From positions 5,671-69,670 of the forward strand of contig JANPJE010000145.1 of the NCBI GenBank assembly GCA_031425355.1: a DNA stretch of 64,000 nucleotides, written 5' to 3'. Shown one piece after another: positions 55,932-64,000 of this stretch. Positions within the stretch are counted from its first letter, which is position 1. Each line of letters begins with the position of its first letter. The stretch is from Spirosoma sp. Its GTDB lineage: Bacteria; Bacteroidota; Bacteroidia; Cytophagales; Spirosomataceae. The position numbers were made by a program, and so were the translations under genes. The notes beneath the pieces are model-generated. The model saw nothing but the letters and a program-made list of their open reading frames with translations, was not told the origin of the DNA and searched no databases.

Positions 55932-58376
55932 TTACTTTATAGCCACCACTCTAAACTCCGTTCGGCGGTTGCGCTGGTGCTCGGCGTCTGTGCAAATAAC
56001 CCCGCCGGTGCAGTTATTTACCAATTGCGACTCGCCCATGCCGAGCGTAGACATGCGTTTTCTACTTATCCCCTTCGACACTAAGTAGTTAGCGACGGCT
56101 TTGGCGCGTTGCGACGATAAGGCCCTGTTGCGCTCTGCCTCACCACGGCTATCGGTGTGTGACCGGACTTCGACAACGAGCGATGGGTATTTTCGCATGG
56201 TTGCCACGATTCGATCCAGTTCGCGGGCGGCATCGGTTCGGAGATTAAACTTATCGAGATCGTAATAAATGTTATCAATCGTCACTACATCTCCCACGCT
56301 GAGCATACGTAAATCAGCCGAAACTTCCTTAGGCTTCGTCTTTTTGGGTAATCGCTTAATCCGGTTTGTATTCGTACCAAAAGCCGGTTTTGAAGCCACA
56401 AGTGTATAATCGCAACCTTCGGTTAGGTCGAAAACATAGCGACCATCGGGACCCGTTACGTATTCTGTCTGCGAACGGTCGCACTCGTTACGTAGCCGAA
56501 CCGTTACTCCTTCAATGGGCCGTTGGTCGCGTTCGCCCAACACCACCCCCCGAATGCGCGAGCGAACCAACGGCCCGGTCACATAGTCTTTCTCGGCACC
56601 GATCGTATCGACAACGACCGTTGGTTTTATTAATCCGATTTCCAGTTGGCTCGGCTGGTCATCCACCAGCAAACGCGATGTAAACCCTACCATACTATTG
56701 ATATAACCATCTCGGCTGGCCTGAAATGTGAACGCATTGGCCCCTTCGAGACAGATCCGGACAAAGCCATTCTGATCGCTGATGAGCGTGCGGTCGGGTT
56801 GCCCCTCGGCCCGTGTTTTTATCAGTACGTTCACACTGTCTAAAGGCTGACCGGTGTTGGTGTCATACAGGCGTATAGTCAAATCACGGCACCCGTACAG
56901 GGAACTTTCCCGAACAAACCGATAGATATCATCATTGCCATTACGTCGGTTGCTGCTAAAATATCCCCCCAGTCGGTTTGGGTCGGCAATCAGACCGAAG
57001 TCATCCTGTGCCGAGTTGATGGGCGCGTCGAGGTGCTCAACCGTTCGTACGCTCATGCCAGCAGACAGACTGGCAAAAAATATGTCTAATGCACCAAGCC
57101 CTTTGTGTCCATCCGATGAGAAATATAAGTTTCCCGCATCATCCACGAATGGGAATAGCTCATTACCACGCGTATTCACGGTGCTGCCGAGGTTTACAGG
57201 CCGGGTCCACTGGCCATTCTGATATCGGCTTACATACAGGTCAGTACCCCCAAAACCACCGGGCATGTCAGACGCGAAATAAAGATACTGTTCGTCGCGG
57301 GTCAATGTTGGATGGCCCACTGAATATTCGTCGCTATTGAAAGACAATTCCTCAATGGACGACCAAGTGCCGTTTTGTTGTGTGGCCGTATAAAGTTTGA
57401 GCTTATTGACACCTGTAGCACTTTTGCTGGCGCGACCGTTGTTGTAATTGTTTCGGGTAAAAATTATGCGCGTACCATCCCGTGAGAACGTAGCGGGGCC
57501 TTCATGGTATCTGGTATTGAGTGATTTAGTAAACCGCTGTGTCGGATTTACGAAGCTGTCGTCGTAGCCTAACCCTTCCGAAATAGCAATGCCCTCATAG
57601 AAATTTGGTACGGTGCGCGAGTCATTAGACGTTGGGCGGGAATAGTTGTCATCGCCAACGTAACGCTCACTTTTAGCGCGGGTATCAGGCACTTTCGTAA
57701 AACTCCCGTTAGCGTTAACGATACTGCCAACCTTTAGATTATTTCGGTCGGGCGCGTAAAATAAGTCGAGGTAGCCTGAGCCGCCCCCGCTGCCCATCGT
57801 TTCAATAGCCGCCCCTCCCTTCTTCCCGGCTACGTAAACCAGCCCATCCCGATAAAACGCCGGACTAAATTCTTCACCAGACGAGTTAAGAGCCAGATAT
57901 TCTAACCGGTAGCGTACAGGAGCCGTCCGGGTGGCGCCTGCAGGTCCGGTTGGCCAAACGATGGTTTGCCGGGCGGGTTGTTTGTCTTTTAGTTGCAGAT
58001 AGCGTTCATACTGTCTCTGAGCTTCCGGAAATTTCCCGTTACCGGCCAGCGTTTGGGCAAATTGTAGTGTCTGTTGCGCGTCTTCCTGGACATTGCCCGC
58101 CAGGGCTTCGCGGTAATATTGCTCCGCCTTCTCACCATCGCCAACCTGTTTATACGCAAAGGCCAATCGACTATGTGCCGTCGTTTTTTGCATGGGCGTG
58201 AGTTGGTCGCTACGTTCAGTTAACAACTCCTGGTACGCTTCGATGGCGCGGCCGTACGCTTTATAATTGAGCAATCGATCTGCCTGCTGCAACAACGAAT
58301 CTGCCTGTGCCCAAGCTGTTGACCAACTTACCCACAGAAGTGTACCTAAAAGCCATATCGTCCAATTCTTTGTCAT
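55932..58376 (-). CDS. PorE-like protein: TPR, PD40/beta-propeller, carboxypeptidase-regulatory-like domains and OmpA_C
   Basis: YHEGPATF, YFASDMPGGFGGTDLY, LYFSSDGHKGLG, IYYDLDK, SHTDSRG, LSSQRA, HQRNRRTEF. Confidence 0.88.
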   Translation of the reverse strand: MTKNWTIWLLGTLLWVSWSTAWAQADSLLQQADRLLNYKAYGRAIEAYQELLTERSDQLTPMQKTTAHSRLAFAYKQVGDGEKAEQYYREALAGNVQEDAQQTLQFAQTLAGNGKFPEAQRQYERYLQLKDKQPARQTIVWPTGPAGATRTAPVRYRLEYLALNSSGEEFSPAFYRDGLVYVAGKKGGAAIETMGSGGGSGYLDLFYAPDRNNLKVGSIVNANGSFTKVPDTRAKSERYVGDDNYSRPTSNDSRTVPNFYEGIAISEGLGYDDSFVNPTQRFTKSLNTRYHEGPATFSRDGTRIIFTRNNYNNGRASKSATGVNKLKLYTATQQNGTWSSIEELSFNSDEYSVGHPTLTRDEQYLYFASDMPGGFGGTDLYVSRYQNGQWTRPVNLGSTVNTRGNELFPFVDDAGNLYFSSDGHKGLGALDIFFASLSAGMSVRTVEHLDAPINSAQDDFGLIADPNRLGGYFSSNRRNGNDDIYRFVRESSLYGCRDLTIRLYDTNTGQPLDSVNVLIKTRAEGQPDRTLISDQNGFVRICLEGANAFTFQASRDGYINSMVGFTSRLLVDDQPSQLEIGLIKPTVVVDTIGAEKDYVTGPLVRSRIRGVVLGERDQRPIEGVTVRLRNECDRSQTEYVTGPDGRYVFDLTEGCDYTLVASKPAFGTNTNRIKRLPKKTKPKEVSADLRMLSVGDVVTIDNIYYDLDKFNLRTDAARELDRIVATMRKYPSLVVEVRSHTDSRGEAERNRALSSQRAKAVANYLVSKGISRKRMSTLGMGESQLVNNCTGGVICTDAEHQRNRRTEFRVVAIK

Positions 58377-58472
58377 TAACCCGTTATTTCCATGCCTCAC
58401 GGCGAACTATCTGTACTCATTCGGCAAATGAATTTACCCGGCAATCACTGCTTAAATCTCATCACATGAGCA

Positions 58473-58793
58473 TCAGGAATAGCTGCTGTCACAGGCTATT
58501 CCACAATCGAATCTGGTCGTAATAAATACGGATTCTTGTTGTTTATCGGTCCAGATCGAGCAGATTATACGGCGGGGCCAGCGAATGATGAGGGCGTCAC
58601 CCATTGCGATGAGAAGCGCGGGTTTGTTTCGGCAAACAGCCGCTACCGAGTCTATAGTAACGGACGTAATTTGATGCGGATACGACGTCGTTGGCTGGGG
58701 ATCAATGGCAACACTGGCGTACGAACGAGCCAACATCGACCTTGTTAGCCACCTAAAGTTACCAGCAGATTTATTCAGTAAATCCTTCTTCAT
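58473..58793 (-). CDS. Hypothetical protein or gene remnant upstream of the PorE-like gene
   Basis: ATG ORF MKKDLLNKSAG...; co-oriented with its neighbours; no recognised motif. Confidence 0.3.
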   Translation of the reverse strand: MKKDLLNKSAGNFRWLTRSMLARSYASVAIDPQPTTSYPHQITSVTIDSVAAVCRNKPALLIAMGDALIIRWPRRIICSIWTDKQQESVFITTRFDCGIACDSSYS

Positions 58794-59020
58794 GTAGAAC
58801 CGATGATTATCCCACAGTAAGACGAATATCATGCCAAGCCCTTCCTGTGGCGATGTTTAGCCCGTGGGAGGTCGACAATTTACCTGAATTGCGGTATCGC
58901 AGAGTACGTTTATGGATAAACGACTATTGTATCCTATGATAAAGAAAGCGTGGCTGATTCCTCACAAACCATGCCAACGTTAGGGTAAGGTTATAAGATC
59001 AGGCAATTTGCCCGTTAACA

Positions 59021-60472
59021 TTATTTCGGAGAAGGCTCATGTTCTGACAACTTGTTGTTACCAGTATTAAGATCGAAGATCCGGTCAATGCTGCGGGGAA
59101 GTTCGCTCCGGTCGTGCGTGATGAACAGGATTGTTTTATCAGCGAAACTGTCGATCAGTTGGCAGGCCAATTCCCGTCGATGCGCGTCGATAGCCTGAAA
59201 TGGCTCATCCAGCAACAAAACCGGTGCGTTTTTCAGGAAAGCCCGCACTAACAGCAGTAATCGCTGCTCCCCCGATGATAAGGTGCTAAACGGTCGGTTT
59301 TCGATGTCTGCCAGCCCGAAGTAGTTGAGGAGGCTGGCTAAATCCAGTTCGGTTTCAGGTGAAACTCGGTTTGGCGGGGTGAGTGTATCGGTCAGGCCGG
59401 ACAGAGCTACCTGGCGGGCCGACAGGTGTTGAGGGAAGTACAGGTGCAGTTCCGGAGAGACAAACCCAATTCGGCGTTTCACATCCCAAATGCTCTCGCC
59501 CGATTTGCCCCGCCGGTAACCAAACACGCTTACATCATTCGCGTAAGCCTGCGGATGGTCGCCGTAGAGCAAACTGAGCAACACCGACTTCCCGGCTCCA
59601 TTTTGTCCAAATAACGCCCATCGCTCGCCCGCCCGAACAGTCCAATTGAGGTTATCCAATATGATTGTGTCGCCGTACCGAACGGTCACATTACGAAGTC
59701 GAAAAACTTCCTGAAAAGTGACTGGAGGCTCAGGCGTATGCAAAACGGGGGAGCATGCGATAAACGTTTCAGGAGTGGAGTATTGATACGTTTCACGGGC
59801 ACCTGACCATTGAATTTCGCCGTTTTCCATCACCGCCACATGCGTAACGAATGGCGGAATTTCAGCCGGTTCAGCTATGAGAACGAGCGACAGACCGTGC
59901 TGGATCAACTCGCCCAGCCAATTTGTCAGTTCAGCCCGAAAGGCACTGTCTAAGCCTACAAACGGATTATCCAACAACAAAATAGCTGGATGCCGCAAAA
60001 GTGCCTTCCCAATGCGGGCCTTACGCGTCTGGCCGTTCGATAATTTTATCAGTGAGCGATTTAGTATAGACTGGAGACCTAACCGCTCAACCAGCGCAGC
60101 AGATTCGGGCGAGTCAGCAAATTGCAGGAAATCACGAAGTGTTGGGATCGACTTATAGCCAGAGTCGGTGCCTTCGTCACTCATTGTGGCCTGATATCGT
60201 TGCTGATAAAAGTACCCGCTATACGAAAACCGGCTGGACTCCTCCTTAAACGAAACAAATTCGGCAGGTAACCGACGTAGTAATGCACCTGAAGAAACTG
60301 GATATTGCCCAGACAATGCTTGTAGAAACGTTGTTTTACCGCTGCCCGTCGGCCCGATTATAGCCCAGCATTCACCCGGATTTAGTTGAAATGAAAGGTT
60401 ACTTAGTACGACTCGCCCAGCGCGTCGAACGGTTAATGTATTGGCAATGAGCAACGGATTTTGTTCGGGCAT
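59021..60472 (-). CDS. ModF-like ABC ATPase with two nucleotide-binding domains
   Basis: GPTGSGKT and GQNGAGKS, LSNGQTRK, LSSGEQR, GDHPQAYAN, SIWDVKRRIGFVSPELHL; no permease adjacent. Confidence 0.85.
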   Translation of the reverse strand: MPEQNPLLIANTLTVRRAGRVVLSNLSFQLNPGECWAIIGPTGSGKTTFLQALSGQYPVSSGALLRRLPAEFVSFKEESSRFSYSGYFYQQRYQATMSDEGTDSGYKSIPTLRDFLQFADSPESAALVERLGLQSILNRSLIKLSNGQTRKARIGKALLRHPAILLLDNPFVGLDSAFRAELTNWLGELIQHGLSLVLIAEPAEIPPFVTHVAVMENGEIQWSGARETYQYSTPETFIACSPVLHTPEPPVTFQEVFRLRNVTVRYGDTIILDNLNWTVRAGERWALFGQNGAGKSVLLSLLYGDHPQAYANDVSVFGYRRGKSGESIWDVKRRIGFVSPELHLYFPQHLSARQVALSGLTDTLTPPNRVSPETELDLASLLNYFGLADIENRPFSTLSSGEQRLLLLVRAFLKNAPVLLLDEPFQAIDAHRRELACQLIDSFADKTILFITHDRSELPRSIDRIFDLNTGNNKLSEHEPSPK

Positions 60473-60512
60473 AAAAAATGGGGACAATACCTATGTAAAG
60501 GTATTGTCCCCA
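60473..60512 (-). terminator. Rho-independent terminator after the Thr/Gly-rich gene
   Basis: tggggacaatacct / aggtattgtcccca 14-bp stem; U-tract corresponds to the A-run 60473-60478. Confidence 0.75.
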
Positions 60513-60537
60513 CTCTACTTATTAAATTACGCCACCC

Positions 60538-61143
60538 TTATTTTCTGGGAGGTGTTGTTGGGGTTGTTGTCGTCGTTGGCGTTGTTGTCGAACTGCTCTT
60601 CGTGCGACGGCTATTATTACCCGTCGTACCTGATTTAGTCCGGTCGGTCGTGTTATTCATGCCTTTTGAGTCAGTGGTCGAGCTGGAGTTCATCGTGCCT
60701 GTACCAGTGCCATACGTCGTGCCGGTCGTTGAACCGCCGTTCGTTACAGAACCTGTTCCGCTGGTCGAATTACCCGTTCCGGCATTGTTATACTGACTTC
60801 CGGTACCCGTTGTGGTTGGCGGCTGATTCGTACCCGTATTAACGCCCGTACTTTGGCCGTTTACCGTTGAGCCTGTCGTCCCCATCGTTCCCGTGGACTG
60901 AGTCTGGTTCGAGTTGGTTGGTGGCTGCGTTTGATACGTTCCCGAAGTAGTACCTGTGTTGGTGCTATTCGTACCCGTCGTTCCCGTTCCGGTTGTACCA
61001 GTGCCAGTTGTTCCCGTTCCCATCGTGCCTGTCCCGGTTGTACCTGTCGTACCCGAATTTGTTGTCGAGTTGGTCGTCTGCGCCGTTGCGTTGAGGGCCA
61101 TGCCAGCTACCAGCATCCAGCCCATAATGATTATTTTTTTCAT
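60538..61143 (-). CDS. Secreted low-complexity Thr/Gly/Ser/Asn-rich protein
   Basis: Signal peptide MKKIIIMGWMLVAGMALNATAQ; TGTTG repeats; own terminator. Confidence 0.8.
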   Translation of the reverse strand: MKKIIIMGWMLVAGMALNATAQTTNSTTNSGTTGTTGTGTMGTGTTGTGTTGTGTTGTNSTNTGTTSGTYQTQPPTNSNQTQSTGTMGTTGSTVNGQSTGVNTGTNQPPTTTGTGSQYNNAGTGNSTSGTGSVTNGGSTTGTTYGTGTGTMNSSSTTDSKGMNNTTDRTKSGTTGNNSRRTKSSSTTTPTTTTTPTTPPRK

Positions 61144-61260
61144 CGTTGAGTTTGAAAGGTTTTCACCTGTTATTCTATCATATAACTCGACTAATAGTGT
61201 ATTGTTTTCGGCATGGTTAATTTTTTCTAAAATAAAATCTTCAGAATGACCATTTTAATT

Positions 61261-61299
61261 AAAAAAACAGGCCATCAGCAAAAATTTGCTGATGGCCTG
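61261..61299 (-). terminator. Rho-independent terminator after the GMC oxidoreductase
   Basis: caggccatcagcaaa / tttgctgatggcctg with a 7-nt A-run (U-tract on the minus strand). Confidence 0.8.
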
Positions 61300-61368
61300 C
61301 GAATTATTTCTACTATATAAAGTCTTGCTTTACAGCAACTTAATGCCAAAAATAAAACCGACTTTCTG

Positions 61369-63093
61369 CTACAAGGTGCCTTTTTTCATCTCCTTCACGG
61401 CGAAATCAGCCGCACGAGCGGTTAGAGCCATATAGGTTAGTGAAGGGTTCACACAGGAAGCCGATGTCATGCAGGCACCGTCGGTATTAAATACGTTCTT
61501 GACCGCATGAAGCTGATTATGCGAGTTTAGTACCGACGTTTTCGGGTCACGGCCCATCCGGGCGGTTCCCATTTCGTGAATACCGATACCCGGATTTTTG
61601 GTCGTGTCGTTATACGTGTTGATGTTTTTCAGACCGGCAGCCTCAAGCATCTCAGCGGCATCATTCATCATGTCAATCCGCATTTTCTTTTCGTTCTCGC
61701 CATACGCTGCGTCGAAAACGATTAATGGCAGGCCCCACTTATCCTTCTGATCGGGCGAGAGGGTCATGCGGTTGTTGGGATCGGCAATCATCTCTCCGAA
61801 ACCACCCAGACTCATCGACCACGGGCCGGGGGTAGTCAGGCTTTCTTTAAAATCAGCTCCGAAACCGTCTATGCCATTACCCCGGTTCCAGCCACCGCGA
61901 CCGGCACCGCCCTGGTAGCCAAAGCCCCGAACGTAATCACGCTTGTCGCCCCCCCAGTTACGGTAGCGCGGCACGTACACACCATTAGCCCGGCGCCCAA
62001 AATAATACTGATCGTCCATGCCTTCAAACGTACCGGCGGCACCCACGGCAAGGTGGTGGTCCATAATATTGCGGCCAAGCTGGTCTGATTCATTGCCCAT
62101 GCCATTCGGGAAACGGCTCGACTTCGAATTCATCAGAATAGACGTACTGGCAAACGCTGACGCATTCAGGAAGATAATCCGGGCGTAATATTCGCGAACT
62201 TCCTTGGTGTTTTGGTCGATAACCCGAACACCGGTTGCCTTGTTCTTTTTATCGTCATACATCACTTCCGACACAATTGAGTCAGGAAGGAGCGTCAGTT
62301 TTCCGGTTTTAACAGCCGCTGGCAGCGTTGCCGACTGGGTGCTGAAATAAGCTCCATATGGACAACCGCGCATACACTGATTACGGAACTGGCAAGCGGC
62401 CCGACCGAGGTCGTAGTGTTGCTGTTTCGGCGCGGTCAGGTGAGCCGTTCGCCCGATGGTAACGCGCCGGGCCGGAAACATTTTTTCAATCCGTTTTTTG
62501 GCTTCTTTTTCAACACAGTTAAACTGCATGGGTGGCAGGAAGTTGCCGTCGGGCAGAACGTCAAGTCCATCTTTATTACCAGAAATACCGGCGAATCCTT
62601 CTACGTATGTGTACCAGGAAGCGAGGTCTTCGTAGCGAATTGGCCAATCGACGCCGATACCTTCTTTGGCATTTGCCATAAAGTCTTCTTTGTTCCAGCG
62701 GTAACTCTGCCGACCCCACATCAACGACCGGCCGCCCACGTGATACCCGCGAATCCAGTCCACCTTACGATTTTCCTTTTCGAGATATGGGTTTTCCTTA
62801 TCGTTTTCAAAATGGTGCCGATGTTCTTCGCCGGCCGTGTAACCGGTACGCATATTGGCCCAGTATTCCTCGGCGGCCATAGTTGTCACGCGCCCCCGAT
62901 GAGGAAAATCCCAGGGGTTATTGGTGGCTGTTACGTACCCTTCGATGTGTTTGATATCGCGTCCCCGTTCCAGCATTAATACTTTCAGGCCCTTCTGGGT
63001 CAACTCTTTAGCAGCCCATCCACCCGAAATACCTGACCCAACGACAATAGCGTCGTAGGTCATATCTTTTTTTGCGTCTATGTTAAGGTTCAT
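61369..63093 (-). CDS. GMC family FAD oxidoreductase (glucoside 3-dehydrogenase-like large subunit)
   Basis: GSGISGGWAAKEL, VGGRSLMWGR, CQFRNQCMRGC (Fe-S), IHEMGTARMG, NPSLTYMALTARA. Confidence 0.9.
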   Translation of the reverse strand: MNLNIDAKKDMTYDAIVVGSGISGGWAAKELTQKGLKVLMLERGRDIKHIEGYVTATNNPWDFPHRGRVTTMAAEEYWANMRTGYTAGEEHRHHFENDKENPYLEKENRKVDWIRGYHVGGRSLMWGRQSYRWNKEDFMANAKEGIGVDWPIRYEDLASWYTYVEGFAGISGNKDGLDVLPDGNFLPPMQFNCVEKEAKKRIEKMFPARRVTIGRTAHLTAPKQQHYDLGRAACQFRNQCMRGCPYGAYFSTQSATLPAAVKTGKLTLLPDSIVSEVMYDDKKNKATGVRVIDQNTKEVREYYARIIFLNASAFASTSILMNSKSSRFPNGMGNESDQLGRNIMDHHLAVGAAGTFEGMDDQYYFGRRANGVYVPRYRNWGGDKRDYVRGFGYQGGAGRGGWNRGNGIDGFGADFKESLTTPGPWSMSLGGFGEMIADPNNRMTLSPDQKDKWGLPLIVFDAAYGENEKKMRIDMMNDAAEMLEAAGLKNINTYNDTTKNPGIGIHEMGTARMGRDPKTSVLNSHNQLHAVKNVFNTDGACMTSASCVNPSLTYMALTARAADFAVKEMKKGTL

Positions 63094-63103
63094 TTTTTGA
63101 ATA

Positions 63104-63199
63104 AGTTTTATAGTTACAAAGTCATACAGTTGTGTAGTTTTAGAGACCGCTTTAAAGCAACTCTATAACTTCGTAACTATGACAACTCTATAACTTTTT
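63104..63199. repeat. 8-bp periodic tandem-inverted array (AGTT/AACT units)
   Basis: agttttat, agttacaa, agtcatac, agttgtgt, agttttag ... aactctat, aacttcgt, aactatgac, aactctat, aacttttt. Confidence 0.75.
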
Positions 63200-63838
63200 T
63201 TAGATGGCCCACGCCTTCTGGCCGGGTTTGAGAGGGACACAACCGTCGTAGCGCCCCGGAACAGCTACGTATTCGAGTGCCTGGGTCGCACCAATTTCTG
63301 AGGTGAAATAGCCCGTCAGCGTCAGGTCTTTCAGAATGGTAAAAAACGGCCTGTATTTCTTCTTCGCATCGGGCATTTGCAGGTCAGCCTGACCGTTATC
63401 TACCTTTTTGGCGGCTTTGTCCGTATCCATTTGCGCCAGTTGGGCCTTTGCATCGGCCTGGAGTTTCTTAACAATCTCGATCCGTTGGGTCGGATCAAGC
63501 TGCACAAACGCTTTTCCGTACGCATCCTGACTTAATTTATTGGTCTGTGCCAGGCCCTCGATAAAGCGTTTCTGATCGTCTTCTTTGTAACAGTCCTTCA
63601 GCATAATATCAATCACTTCATTCACCTTGGCGGCTTTGGCACCGGGGGTAGTGGTTGTAGGGATGATCGTATCAGCCAGTTCGGCAACGGTAGCGTCCTG
63701 GTCAGCCGTAAAGAAAAGCGGTTTGCCCGTCAGGGCGCGTCGGGCAGCCGAAGCTTCGAGCGTATCGGCCAATGCGGGCAGTGCTATGGTTGAGCCAGCC
63801 AGCGCGGCCACCCGCATAAGGGCGTCTCTTCTGTTCAT
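63200..63838 (-). CDS. Gluconate 2-dehydrogenase subunit 3 family protein (Tat-signal small subunit)
   Basis: MNRRDAL Tat motif, ADTIIP.T.TPGA, LTLTGYFTSEIGA, VPGRYDGC. Confidence 0.9.
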   Translation of the reverse strand: MNRRDALMRVAALAGSTIALPALADTLEASAARRALTGKPLFFTADQDATVAELADTIIPTTTTPGAKAAKVNEVIDIMLKDCYKEDDQKRFIEGLAQTNKLSQDAYGKAFVQLDPTQRIEIVKKLQADAKAQLAQMDTDKAAKKVDNGQADLQMPDAKKKYRPFFTILKDLTLTGYFTSEIGATQALEYVAVPGRYDGCVPLKPGQKAWAI

Positions 63839-63885
63839 GTGCGTAGAGCGAGTTAGACTTTCAATGAGAACGATATTAGGAACTA

Positions 63886-63893
63886 CAAATATA
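63886..63893 (-). promoter_or_regulatory. Bacteroidota -7 promoter element
   Basis: TATATTTG on the minus strand, ~48 nt upstream of the ATG. Confidence 0.5.
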
Positions 63894-64000
63894 TAAAAAT
63901 CAAGGAATGGATTGTGCAATTTGGAGATTCCCTTTTGGAGAGAAGCTAATTTTTAACGATGTTGTTTAGGGTATAAATACAATAAGGTCTGCAACGGATA

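Noticed and set aside
60538-61143. Ice-nucleation protein
   Set aside because: Lacks the AGYGSTxTA 8/16/48-residue periodicity and is far too short.
60461-61249. Plus-strand Val/Pro-rich ORFs (60461-60796, 60956-61249)
   Set aside because: Antisense shadows of the Thr/Gly repeat gene, which has the signal peptide and terminator.

Overview
Core-chromosome window of a Bacteroidota bacterium. Cytophagales, Spirosoma-like, is inferred from gldG, T9SS cargo, a PorE-like OmpA, Bacteroidota-type SecA/LptD and TAnnTTTG promoter motifs. Gene order: partial amidase; long LptD; gldG; a split complex I operon (fused 2-oxoacid dehydrogenase E1, nuoI, nuoJ, nuoK, a PHD-like 2OG-Fe(II) oxygenase, nuoL, nuoM); housekeeping and hydrolase genes; a ~24 kb Wzx/Wzy polysaccharide locus (21.2-44.9 kb); secA; fabH-like; M1 peptidase; orphan CoxIII-like; ispE; PorE-like OmpA; ModF-like ATPase; and a GMC dehydrogenase pair. 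No rRNA, tRNA, CRISPR, transposase or integrase was seen. Best leads: (1) NuoI has a disordered tail with six FRPTxKP repeats, and an EGLN/PHD-like prolyl hydroxylase is translationally coupled inside the same operon; (2) a three-gene island in the EPS locus encodes a phage-fibre-like secreted repeat protein coupled to a minimal T9SS protein, divergent from a tailspike-like beta-helix protein, with LytTR-like boxes between them; (3) a perfect 53-bp repeat is shared by two diverged wzi paralogs flanking the initiating glycosyltransferase; (4) several intergenic hairpins are built from periodic 8-10 bp tandem units. All calls come from reading the sequence by eye; no database searches were run.
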